DNA from: a virus
Virus record (IMG/VR): IMGVR_UViG_3300043571_000425
DNA: 64,000 nt
Reading direction: 5' to 3' (one strand)
The stretch's first letter is position 1; each line of letters starts with the position of its first letter. Positions 25,993 through 34,324 of this stretch are shown one piece after another. The translations under genes and the position numbers were made by a program. The notes under the pieces were generated by a model, which worked only from the letters and a program-made list of their open reading frames with translations, had not been told where the DNA came from and made no database searches.

Positions 25993-26674
25993 TCTAAGAA
26001 TTACAGCCCATTTAGCGACATCTTTAGCAGCTTATGACAATTGGAGTCCATCGTTAGAAGGGATTTTAGTTTATAAACTCTTGGAAGAAAATAATCTATT
26101 TTCACCTAATCCCACGCCTAGTCAAGTAGCAGATGTCCAGACTTTTGTTGAGCAGAATTTACTACTAAAACAGGGGATAATTAAATCAGAGAAATATTGG
26201 TGTGTGAGTTCACCTTATTATGTTTTGCAAGGTGAAGCTACAGACAAATATAGAAAGCGGTGGGATAATCACGACAATAATTTAGATTGGGGTAAGCGCA
26301 AACCTAAATTTCTAACAGGTGAAGGTGCGGAAAAGTCCTATGATTTACCTCTTTACACAAGGTCAATTAATTCTATTTCTTGGTTTGCTGTAGGCGATAA
26401 GTCAAAAATTAAGGATTTATTGCAAACTGTTACTCACATTCAGAAAAAACGTAGTTACGGAAATGGTGAAGTTAGGGAATGGGAAATAGGGATAATTTAC
26501 AATGATTACCATCTGTGGCGTGACAGTAAATTAATGCGCCCAATTCCTGTTAGATTACTTGATCAGAAAATAGATAATCCTCAGATGATCTGGGGGTGGA
26601 GAAGCCCCGCGTGGTTAGCTGCAAATAAGGAGTTATGCTATATGCCAAAGGATAATGTGATTTATGCTAAGTAA
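25985..26674 (+). CDS. csf3: RAMP protein, Cas5/Csf3-like
   Basis: GTG start overlapping the csf2 stop (GTGGATAA). N-terminal ITAHLATSLAAYDNWSPSLEGILVYKL and glycine loop KKRSYGNGEVREWEI. 229 aa. Confidence 0.55.
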   Translation: MDNLRITAHLATSLAAYDNWSPSLEGILVYKLLEENNLFSPNPTPSQVADVQTFVEQNLLLKQGIIKSEKYWCVSSPYYVLQGEATDKYRKRWDNHDNNLDWGKRKPKFLTGEGAEKSYDLPLYTRSINSISWFAVGDKSKIKDLLQTVTHIQKKRSYGNGEVREWEIGIIYNDYHLWRDSKLMRPIPVRLLDQKIDNPQMIWGWRSPAWLAANKELCYMPKDNVIYAK

Positions 26675-27410
26675 CGGATCTGGCGTTCAATATCCCTGGT
26701 TAAAAAAGAAAATAATCAGGGCAAAAGACTCAATTAAAACCTGGTTAGAGCAATGCGATTATCAGGTTTACGCCAGCATTTCGGGCGGTAAAGATAGCTT
26801 GGTGATGTCGCATTTAATTAGGCAAATTTATCCTGATTGTCCTTTGGTATGGGTAAATCAGGGTTCGCTTGCCGAATGGGACGATTGCATTGAACTATTA
26901 GGGTTTTTGAAAACTCAAGGCTGGAATATTATTGAACTTTGTCCAGTTCGTGATCTGTGGCATTTATATCTTGATTATGGCGTTCCTCTTGAAGGAACAA
27001 TGGACACAAAAGCCGATAAAATAATCAACCAAAAATTGATTTATGACCCTCTTAATGAGTACCAAGAACTGAATCAAATTAAGGGTTATGCGTGGGGAAT
27101 ACGTAAGCAAGAAAGCAGAAACCGCGCATTTTATCTCAACAAATATGGTGAAGTGCATACGCTCAAAAACGGGTTGATTTGTTGCTCACCCGTGGCATTT
27201 TGGACTACTCAAAATATCTGGGAATATATTGATATGCACTCGTTAAAATACCCTGCTATTTATGATGTTGATAGAATGACAGTTAGGAATGGATGCCCAA
27301 TCGGTACAACAGGTGCTAACTGGGGAAGATTAGCAGAGTTAAGAAAGCATTACCCAGATATTTATAATCAATTTGCTACTAAATTTCCACAGGTATCAAC
27401 CTATGTCTAA
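26664..27410 (+). CDS. cysH: PAPS reductase family (CysH-like / PP-loop) protein
   Basis: PP-loop YASISGGKDSLVMSHL and WGIRKQESRNR, as in the PF01507 family. It overlaps both neighbouring genes. Confidence 0.8.
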   Translation: MLSNGSGVQYPWLKKKIIRAKDSIKTWLEQCDYQVYASISGGKDSLVMSHLIRQIYPDCPLVWVNQGSLAEWDDCIELLGFLKTQGWNIIELCPVRDLWHLYLDYGVPLEGTMDTKADKIINQKLIYDPLNEYQELNQIKGYAWGIRKQESRNRAFYLNKYGEVHTLKNGLICCSPVAFWTTQNIWEYIDMHSLKYPAIYDVDRMTVRNGCPIGTTGANWGRLAELRKHYPDIYNQFATKFPQVSTYV

Positions 27411-28155
27411 TTGCTACCTTTGCGCTAAACCAGGCAACAACCCATTGGAATTATCCAATACATTTACCATGCACTCATCAGCTAAATGCCCGGATTCTAA
27501 AGTGCTTTGTAATCGCTGTCACTCTACAATTTCCGGTAATCAAAAGCAGCTTTGGTACTGGAATGAAGGTAAAAATAAATGGTCAAAGCTGTGGGGACGT
27601 TCTTTGTCCAGGGTTTATCAGGGTGATAAGCTAATTGCGCCTGTCGTTGAAGGTGAATATACAGAAGGCAAGGATACTTTTTCAATAGTTAAAAACTTGC
27701 TGACTAGGGTGGGAATTAGGCAATACTTGTTAAATCCACCTGAACCGCCTTTTACTATAGCCATAGCAGAATCGGGGCAAAAACATATTATCCCTTGGGC
27801 GTTAGAAGGTCAAAACAGAGATTTATTCCCTGTGCAATTTGAACTCGACACTATTTATATTGACAATAGATTTAGAGAATATTTGGAAATTTACGAACAA
27901 TTGATGGGGTTGGGCTTTAGTAAGTCTGAAATTGATTCTGGAGATTATCGAAGCGATCGCCTAATGAAAGTTTTTGATCAATATGGGGAACTTGAGGAAC
28001 GGATAGCGCGTATTAGGGGAACGAGATTAATGCAATTAATTAGCTATGTTGCCCAAGTGCAAGACGCGCCGCCAATTACGGAAGTAGTGCAAATTCCCGT
28101 AATGCCTGTTTCACCAAAAACACTTGAGAAGCCACTGCAATTATCTTTGTTTTAG
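27403..28155 (+). CDS. csf1: Cys-rich protein, Csf1-like (putative large subunit)
   Basis: The preferred start ATG 27403 (MSNCYLCAKPG) overlaps the cysH-like stop (ATGTCTAA). The N-terminus has CxxC-x20-C-x6-CxxC, as I recall for Csf1 zinc fingers. 250 aa. Confidence 0.45.
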   Translation: MSNCYLCAKPGNNPLELSNTFTMHSSAKCPDSKVLCNRCHSTISGNQKQLWYWNEGKNKWSKLWGRSLSRVYQGDKLIAPVVEGEYTEGKDTFSIVKNLLTRVGIRQYLLNPPEPPFTIAIAESGQKHIIPWALEGQNRDLFPVQFELDTIYIDNRFREYLEIYEQLMGLGFSKSEIDSGDYRSDRLMKVFDQYGELEERIARIRGTRLMQLISYVAQVQDAPPITEVVQIPVMPVSPKTLEKPLQLSLF

Positions 28156-28173
28156 GCAAAAATAAAATCAAAA

Positions 28174-28617
28174 ATGTCCAAACTATTCATCCCCAATTTC
28201 ATCATTTACGCCACGCTCCCAACCATAGAAGCGACTTGTGGAGACTATGAAGTTGACCCGGAAACCGGAAACCCGATTGCAGTCAATACCACCCTGGAGA
28301 TTAAGGCATGGATGCAAGGCTATGATCAGCTACGGCAGGGGCGAACCACGGCTAAACCGGAACATCCAAGCGTAGATTTTAACACCGTTTATTTGTCAGG
28401 TTATGCCGTCACACCTAAAGCCATACCCGCCCGGACATTGTTGGCGCGTGAAAAATATAACGCCAAATACATAGAACCAATTACAGGAACGGAACAGCAG
28501 GGAACTTTCGTACTAGCACCTCAAGTAAACGAACAACGCCCTAGAGTTGCTAAGGCGTTGGCAAAAAGATTGGGGATGGAACTGCAAGGAACTTTTGAAT
28601 TTGGTTATGGAAGTTGA
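28174..28617 (+). CDS. hypothetical protein
   Basis: 147-aa ORF, 18 nt after the Csf1-like gene. It may be the last gene of the operon or a virion protein. Confidence 0.5.
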   Translation: MSKLFIPNFIIYATLPTIEATCGDYEVDPETGNPIAVNTTLEIKAWMQGYDQLRQGRTTAKPEHPSVDFNTVYLSGYAVTPKAIPARTLLAREKYNAKYIEPITGTEQQGTFVLAPQVNEQRPRVAKALAKRLGMELQGTFEFGYGS

Positions 28618-28823
28618 GAATTAATAAACTGTTTTAACCTGTTATCCCAGTCTACCCAGCCACAATCAAATACTGGGTTATTGTCTTGATCGTGAATTAC
28701 ATTTGATTCGCCGTCAATTTCTCTATCAATACTACCGTCAACCAATATTTTCTTACACTTGAATTTATCGCCTAATCCTTTACTTACCAATATTTCGTTG
28801 ATACTGTCTCTAGTTAATGCCAT
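28605..28823 (-). CDS. hypothetical small protein
   Basis: 72-aa ORF preceded on the minus strand by the conserved leader AAGATTAAACAAC. Confidence 0.5.
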   Translation of the reverse strand: MALTRDSINEILVSKGLGDKFKCKKILVDGSIDREIDGESNVIHDQDNNPVFDCGWVDWDNRLKQFINSQLP

Positions 28824-28853
28824 GATATAATACCTCTAGTTGTTTAATCTTAT

Positions 28854-28886
28854 CCCCTGTAATTTGCGTTACAGGGGTTTTGTTTT
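28854..28886. promoter_or_regulatory. intercistronic hairpin (type B module, copy 1)
   Basis: CCCCTGTAA (28854-28862)/TTACAGGGG (28869-28877), then TTTTGTTTT on the plus strand. It sits between a stop codon (28885) and the next minus-strand start (28823). A paralogous copy lies at 29637-29670. Confidence 0.5.
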
Positions 28887-29319
28887 ATGCTGCGCTGTAT
28901 TGATACATTCCGTCAATGACAGTTTCTCGCCCGTATTTAATCGCTATTCTCTTTTTGCCCTGATAACAAAATCCATTTTTATCTCCATCAACAATATTTT
29001 CAAACCACACAGTCTTATCTGTTCTTTTGGTGATTTGAATTTTGAATGACTGGTTAGTGGTTGCGTAGACCTTGCCAACTTCAAATTTAACCACGCTATC
29101 AATGCTATCAATTTTGTTTTCAATATCAACCACTTGAATTTTGATGAAACTTTCGCCGTTTAATCGTAGTTGCATCTCTTCTTTCATCATTTCTACTACA
29201 ATCATTCCAAAGTCATCAGTAGTAAAACCTTCTTGTCCTGCTTCGTTAATTGATTCTGTTAATACTTCAGTTGTTAATGTGGCTACTTGCAATCTGGTGT
29301 AATCTAAATCGTAAGTCAT
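28885..29319 (-). CDS. hypothetical protein
   Basis: 144-aa acidic ORF downstream of a consensus minus-strand promoter. Confidence 0.55.
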   Translation of the reverse strand: MTYDLDYTRLQVATLTTEVLTESINEAGQEGFTTDDFGMIVVEMMKEEMQLRLNGESFIKIQVVDIENKIDSIDSVVKFEVGKVYATTNQSFKIQITKRTDKTVWFENIVDGDKNGFCYQGKKRIAIKYGRETVIDGMYQYSAA

Positions 29320-29354
29320 TTGTCCGCTTCCTTGTTGTTGTTTAATCTTCTTTT

Positions 29355-29383
29355 ATAATAGTGGATAAGCTACATAATGTCAA
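29355..29383 (-). promoter_or_regulatory. consensus sigma70 promoter (type A module, copy 1)
   Basis: The minus strand reads TTGACA (29383-29378), 17 nt, TATTAT (29360-29355), followed by the AAGATTAAACAAC leader. About 75 nt are near-identical to 30241-30310. Confidence 0.65.
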
Positions 29384-29403
29384 CCCCTAAATTAAAATAA
29401 TTT

Positions 29404-29436
29404 CAGACAAAATAAAACCCCGATAAACTCAGGGTT
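29404..29436 (-). terminator. rho-independent terminator (minus strand)
   Basis: The minus strand reads AACCCTG-AGTTTAT-CGGGGTT followed by TTATTTTGT. The U-G pair works only in the minus-strand RNA. It lies directly after the stop of 29446..29655. Confidence 0.6.
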
Positions 29437-29445
29437 GCACAATCA

Positions 29446-29655
29446 TTATTCTTCCTGCTGTTTTTTCTCCGCTCGTTTCCGCCGCATATAATCCCGTTTC
29501 CGTATCCGTTGCAATTCCTTCTGCTCAGGCGATAAATTAGCCTGTGCTTTACGGTTTCGTGCCTTTCCTTTCTCGGTTTGATTGTAGCGGCTAAACCTGT
29601 CTGTCATGATATAATGCTCCTGTTGTTTAATCTTATCCCCAGTAGTTTCGGTCAC
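29446..29655 (-). CDS. small highly basic protein
   Basis: 69 aa, Lys/Arg-rich (KGKARNRKAQANLSPEQKELQRIRKRDYMRRKRAEKKQQEE). Confidence 0.5.
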   Translation of the reverse strand: MTETTGDKIKQQEHYIMTDRFSRYNQTEKGKARNRKAQANLSPEQKELQRIRKRDYMRRKRAEKKQQEE

Positions 29656-29670
29656 TGGGGATTTTATTTT
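29637..29670. promoter_or_regulatory. intercistronic hairpin (type B module, copy 2)
   Basis: CCCCAGT (29637-29643)/ACTGGGG (29654-29660), then ATTTTATTTT. The placement and flanking GTTGTTTAATCTTATCCCC match copy 1. Confidence 0.5.
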
Positions 29671-30226
29671 AAAAACTTATTAGTTTTTTCTCGAAGGGTT
29701 TTACATCTTGGCTCAACGCTTCAATTATTTTACTAATTGATTTAATCATTTTTTCACTCATATTAGGCAAGATTTCGTTTGCTATGTCGCTTACACCAAT
29801 TTTTTTATTTTCATAGTAAAAAGATTCTTGGAAATGAGCTATTGTGTAACCTTTTTCGCTCCCAGCCACAAACTTCAATGATTCATATACACCATTGCTG
29901 CAACCGATTCGCCCTGTAGTAAACAAGAAATATAATTTATCAAGATTAATGTTTTCTCTTTTCAGAAAAGACAATAAAATCTGCATTCTTTTACTAGGAG
30001 TAGACTGGTTTATCATCTTTGTCGTCTTGGCTTTTTTTGCCTTTACTAGCTCAGATTGTTTTTCTATTCTTGCAAATACAAGCGTAACTTTCCCACTTGA
30101 ATGATTGATAATTTGATAGTTTAATCCTACAGGACGATCTTTTGTTGCCACGAAATCAGATTGATTGCTGTAGTAGTAATCGTAGGCATCATCTTCTTTG
30201 TTAAAAGTTATAGCTGAATACTTCAT
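29669..30226 (-). CDS. hypothetical protein
   Basis: 185-aa ORF downstream of type A promoter copy 2. Confidence 0.55.
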   Translation of the reverse strand: MKYSAITFNKEDDAYDYYYSNQSDFVATKDRPVGLNYQIINHSSGKVTLVFARIEKQSELVKAKKAKTTKMINQSTPSKRMQILLSFLKRENINLDKLYFLFTTGRIGCSNGVYESLKFVAGSEKGYTIAHFQESFYYENKKIGVSDIANEILPNMSEKMIKSISKIIEALSQDVKPFEKKLISF

Positions 30227-30263
30227 TTTGCCCGTTTCCTTGTTCGTTGTTTAATCTTCTTTT

Positions 30264-30292
30264 ATAATAGTGGATAAGCTACATAATGTCAA
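30264..30292 (-). promoter_or_regulatory. consensus sigma70 promoter (type A module, copy 2)
   Basis: The minus strand reads TTGACA (30292-30287), 17 nt, TATTAT (30269-30264). Confidence 0.65.
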
Positions 30293-30374
30293 CCCCTAAA
30301 GTTAAAATAATTTTCAAATCCCTAAAACCATTACCAGTAGTGGGAAAAATCAGATCAACCTCACAAAACCCGCT

Positions 30375-30767
30375 ATGGTTCAAGTCAACTGGAATAAAAT
30401 CAACATCCCTCGCAAGCAGACGGCGACACTCACCTGGTCAGCAGATCACGCCGCGCTAGTCCATGAGGGTGCGACTTTGAAAAACGGAACAGAATTACCC
30501 GCGCGCCCTTGGGTAGATGAAACAGTGCAACAATTCAACGCCCCCGAAAGTTATGCTGACAGTTTTCAAAAATCAGAAGATTTTGCACAAGCATTTACAG
30601 AAATGGCGGAGGGCTTTGGGGAGAAGGCACAGGAAATTATAGAAACTCAAATGTGGGAATGGACACGCGAAACCGTCAGGCAAAATGGAACGGTAGCCGG
30701 CTCACCCCGTGACATCGTAGATACTGGAGAATTACGAGACTCCTATTCTATAGAGGTGCAGTCATGA
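30375..30767 (+). CDS. putative head-tail joining or neck protein
   Basis: 130 aa and the first gene of the plus-strand tail block. The call rests on position only. Confidence 0.35.
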   Translation: MVQVNWNKINIPRKQTATLTWSADHAALVHEGATLKNGTELPARPWVDETVQQFNAPESYADSFQKSEDFAQAFTEMAEGFGEKAQEIIETQMWEWTRETVRQNGTVAGSPRDIVDTGELRDSYSIEVQS

Positions 30768-31141
30768 CTACAGTTGCAGAACTACGGACAAAACTAGCCG
30801 CGCTGTTAGCTCCCGACTTGGGCAAATACACCAATGGCTGTCCATCTGTTTGGACTTACGGATCTAACGCAGATCCGCCGTCTGCCAGTAACGGACTGGA
30901 GTGCCTGATCAAGCAAGTGCCAATGGGATCCGCGCAGGGTTCTAGTGGCGGACAAAGGTATAAACCCCAGCAATGGGAAGTGGTGCTTAAAAACTTCAAG
31001 AGGTCGTCCAATCTAGCTAACGCACTACGCAAAATTGAGATTAATTTTGTAGTTTATCGCTATTCCCACACACCAGCGACGGACACGACATTTGAGCAAG
31101 CAAGGATTATAATTTTCGCGCCAATTACTATCAATATTTAG
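30764..31141 (+). CDS. putative tail completion or neck protein
   Basis: 125 aa with ATGA overlap to the preceding gene. The call is positional. Confidence 0.35.
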   Translation: MTTVAELRTKLAALLAPDLGKYTNGCPSVWTYGSNADPPSASNGLECLIKQVPMGSAQGSSGGQRYKPQQWEVVLKNFKRSSNLANALRKIEINFVVYRYSHTPATDTTFEQARIIIFAPITINI

Positions 31142-31179
31142 CGATGGGAAAGCTATAAAAAATTCTCACAGGAATTACT

Positions 31180-31890
31180 ATGACTAGACCCGTGCAAGAT
31201 ATTATTCTTCAGGATTACACCCTAGATATCCTGCTACTTAATCCCAATAGCAGAGCAGTGATTAAAGCCGTGATCACTTTTGATGCGCCGGCTGTTGTTG
31301 GCGCAACTAGCGTTAGCCTGACAGCCGCTACCAGTACGACAATCAAGGCAGGAACTTCCCTTAGCTTTGCAGCACCATCAGCACCTACCGACCGCCAACA
31401 AGTTCTATTTACCGCTGACGCAACCATTACAGCAACAGCCGCGTCTTTTGCCGTCGCACCTCTCAAGAAAGCAATCGCTGATTCTTCGGTTGGCGATTTT
31501 GTGGTTGGAACTGTGCCATTGTTTGGGATTCAGACAATGGACAAAACTAACCAAGAAACCCAAGTTGACACCACTAATTTCCAAAGCGGTTCAGGTACAG
31601 AAATGGCCATTGTTCGGAATGCCCGGACGTTGAATATTTCAGGAATCGTCAAAGCTGGTGATTTAGCTTACGTCAATATCATCAAACGTGTATCTGATAA
31701 TTCTGCATTCTTGAATAGAGAGATTTACGCGATCGCGACCTTACCGGACGGCGAAAAATTTGAGGGCGCGACTAAACTCATGGGATTGAACGAACCAGCG
31801 AACCAGAACGAAATCAAAAAATACACTTTTAATCTAACTTTCCAAGGTGACTCATTCATTTGGACACCTGGTTATTACGCTGCTGCATAA
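31180..31890 (+). CDS. putative major tail (tube) protein
   Basis: 236 aa, Ala/Thr/Ser-rich and beta-type composition. It lies upstream of chaperone-like genes and the tape measure gene. Confidence 0.5.
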   Translation: MTRPVQDIILQDYTLDILLLNPNSRAVIKAVITFDAPAVVGATSVSLTAATSTTIKAGTSLSFAAPSAPTDRQQVLFTADATITATAASFAVAPLKKAIADSSVGDFVVGTVPLFGIQTMDKTNQETQVDTTNFQSGSGTEMAIVRNARTLNISGIVKAGDLAYVNIIKRVSDNSAFLNREIYAIATLPDGEKFEGATKLMGLNEPANQNEIKKYTFNLTFQGDSFIWTPGYYAAA

Positions 31891-32129
31891 TGCAACTTTT
31901 GACTGACAAAACACAAGTATTGGCAGTTTTAATAAACTGCCGACTTGATGGCAATTATATCAAGTGTGGCGCGGCTGTATTTAGGGGTGGGATGTCTGGA
32001 GAAATTGAAGTTTCAAATGAGTCCCAAAAGTTCAAAATCAAAATCCCTGAATCAGTTCAAAATTGCGCCACGCATCAAATCTTCACTGACAAAAACGATA
32101 ACCTAGAAATTGAATTATGCGCCCAGTAA
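31890..32129 (+). CDS. hypothetical protein
   Basis: ATG 31890 overlaps the preceding TAA (TAATG). 79 aa. Confidence 0.45.
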   Translation: MQLLTDKTQVLAVLINCRLDGNYIKCGAAVFRGGMSGEIEVSNESQKFKIKIPESVQNCATHQIFTDKNDNLEIELCAQ

Positions 32130-32971
32130 TTAACAGAAAATCTCGTTCCGAAGTAGTAGCCATTGGTGATGAAAATATTGGTATCCTCTATTTAGAAAAA
32201 CGCGGCTTTATTTCCGTTGGGGAACGGATGGAAATTGATGAATATGAATTGAGTAGAAGCAAAGCCCAAATTGTTGCCACAAAATTAATTAAGACTATTG
32301 CCAAAGATAGAAATATTAGTTTTGAAGCTGCACAAGAATTGTTATCACCAAAACCAGTTGACGGCGTGGCAGTAGATAATAGCGATATTGTCTATGATTA
32401 CGTGGAAGAATTTGCGGAATTACAGTCATTAAGCGCACTTAACAGCAATACTTTAGCTGTAGCAATTGCAACTATTTTCATTCAGAATCGCGCTGCATAT
32501 CCTATTCAAATTGATTATGACGCTGCGATTAATGCCACTGCATTGGACATTATTCCGCAGTCGTTACACCTCAAAAATAAACAACAAATTGCATTTGGTG
32601 GATTCACTGGACACAAGGTAATTATCAAGGGTAATCAGTCTAGTGATGTTTCTGTAATTCAAGTTGAACCAATTGAACAACCATTATCGGAGGGTGATAT
32701 TGGCTTTTTAATTGATGGTAGAAAATACATTGTTGGTTCGGATGAGTGGACAATTGAGGATACAAAATCACTTGATGAAAACCTAATTTCCGCTATTTAT
32801 GAGTTCTATCAAAATGAGCGTTTAGGCTGGGTAAAACCTGAACCCGTAGTAACTACAAGTGAGGAAGAAACGGCGGGGGAGTCCCTACAATTGACTGGAG
32901 CGGACTCTACTGGAGAATCCAATACTACGGAATCAGAGACTCGCGTTTTAGTAGCTGGGACTGCTTCTTAG
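32117..32971 (+). CDS. possible tail assembly chaperone (gpG-like position)
   Basis: 284 aa with an acidic C-terminus. The next ORF lies in the -1 frame, and 109 nt of that frame are open across the overlap. Confidence 0.35.
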   Translation: MRPVINRKSRSEVVAIGDENIGILYLEKRGFISVGERMEIDEYELSRSKAQIVATKLIKTIAKDRNISFEAAQELLSPKPVDGVAVDNSDIVYDYVEEFAELQSLSALNSNTLAVAIATIFIQNRAAYPIQIDYDAAINATALDIIPQSLHLKNKQQIAFGGFTGHKVIIKGNQSSDVSVIQVEPIEQPLSEGDIGFLIDGRKYIVGSDEWTIEDTKSLDENLISAIYEFYQNERLGWVKPEPVVTTSEEETAGESLQLTGADSTGESNTTESETRVLVAGTAS

Positions 32972-32985
32972 AACAACCCGACTAC

Positions 32986-33264
32986 GTGGTTTTTGATTGT
33001 GTTAGCAACCTTGAAAAACTGCGTAGGGAAAATGCAAATACAGAAGCCAGAATACACGCTATAGGGTGGTCTGGCTTGTTTAATGCCTTCAAGGGTAAAG
33101 ACGACGCGCCAATGGATTTTGTGGACTTATTGCCGTTTGCAGATGATATTAAAACTGGCAGCAAACGGATAAGTTTCGCCACAGAAAAGGTCATTAAAAA
33201 GTTGGTCAAAGACGAATCTTTGCCAACTCAAATATTATCTATTTTGGGGATGTTGTTAGAATGA
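32986..33264 (+). CDS. possible gpT-like -1 frame extension or separate small gene
   Basis: The frame is -1 relative to 32117..32971 and is open from 32863. GTG start at 32986. Confidence 0.35.
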   Translation: MVFDCVSNLEKLRRENANTEARIHAIGWSGLFNAFKGKDDAPMDFVDLLPFADDIKTGSKRISFATEKVIKKLVKDESLPTQILSILGMLLE

Positions 33265-33325
33265 TTTGTGTTATAATAGTCGCATATATTGAACTTTTAT
33301 AACACTGCTATCTTCGTCTTGGTTG

Positions 33326-33619
33326 TCAGGTTTCCCCGTCCCCTTGGATGGGGTTTTGTTGTTTACAGATGAAACGATCTTTTAGTGACGGAAATTCCTC
33401 TAGAAATTGTTCTAAATTTAACAACTGAAACTCATTTCTGAAATATGAATCTGGCACAGAATTAATGGCATTAGGGAAGGTTATTTTCCCATTTATGTCA
33501 ACAGAAGGATCGTTACAAGTTTGTTGTAGCTCAACTGTTCCGTCATCTGCTATTGCGCGAACAGAATAGTGAGTGCCATTGGTTTTAAGCCGAACGCCAT
33601 AAGGATAATCTTGGTTCAT
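33326..33619 (-). CDS. hypothetical protein
   Basis: 97-aa ORF, the first gene of the minus-strand island. Confidence 0.5.
   Translation of the reverse strand: MNQDYPYGVRLKTNGTHYSVRAIADDGTVELQQTCNDPSVDINGKITFPNAINSVPDSYFRNEFQLLNLEQFLEEFPSLKDRFICKQQNPIQGDGET
33334..33365 (+). terminator. rho-independent terminator ending the first tail-gene block
   Basis: CCCCGTCC (33334-33341), loop CCTT, GGATGGGG (33346-33353), then TTTTGTTGTTT. It overlaps the 3' end of the convergent 33326..33619 gene. Confidence 0.6.
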
Positions 33620-33787
33620 CTTGGTTTTTGTTCTTTACTTCGTGAAATACCACACGCAAAATATTAACACTACCAACTAAATTACCTGCTCACCAATTAA
33701 TCTTTGTCTAGCAGTTCCGAATACCAAATCAATCACCTCATCCAGTGAGTCGGGCGCGATGTATTCATTGGTGCTGTGACGTTAGGT

Positions 33788-34189
33788 TCATTGGTTTTGG
33801 TGTGCGACAAATAACATAAGTCTGTTCTTTTCTGGGTTGATATTACAAGCTGCTAAATTCCTATTCCCCCAAATCAGAAGTAATCCTAATGGGAATTTGT
33901 CAGCAATATCGTGTGTGATAATTTCTGCGCTGTAAGCCGCTTTTGTAAATTCTATTACTTGTTGGTGAGATATAGAATCAGTTGATAATATGTCTCCTGC
34001 TTGGGTATCGTGGTGAATTTGGATGGTGTGATCGCCTATCAGGTACAGCCAAGCAAATACAGGTAATTTAGAATCAAGTTGCAAGTGGAATAACCACTCA
34101 TCAAGTCTTTTTTGGTTTTTGGTTCTTTGATCATTCATGGTTTTAGCTAGTTGATTCAGTTGTTTATTTGCTTCTTTAATTGACAACAC
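33788..34189 (-). CDS. hypothetical protein
   Basis: 133 aa with GTG start 34189 and GAGG 5 nt upstream. Its leader is shared with 54353 (see findings). Confidence 0.5.
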   Translation of the reverse strand: MLSIKEANKQLNQLAKTMNDQRTKNQKRLDEWLFHLQLDSKLPVFAWLYLIGDHTIQIHHDTQAGDILSTDSISHQQVIEFTKAAYSAEIITHDIADKFPLGLLLIWGNRNLAACNINPEKNRLMLFVAHQNQ

Positions 34190-34324
34190 AATTACCTCAC
34201 AACTGGATATATTGAAACTAATTTTGTAAATTACTTAAACCTAAAAGTCGGGTAAGTGGTGATGGATTTTACTGTTGCTATGCCTTCTTCTTCCTCTTGT
34301 TTTTGGGATTGTTTTAATAATTCC

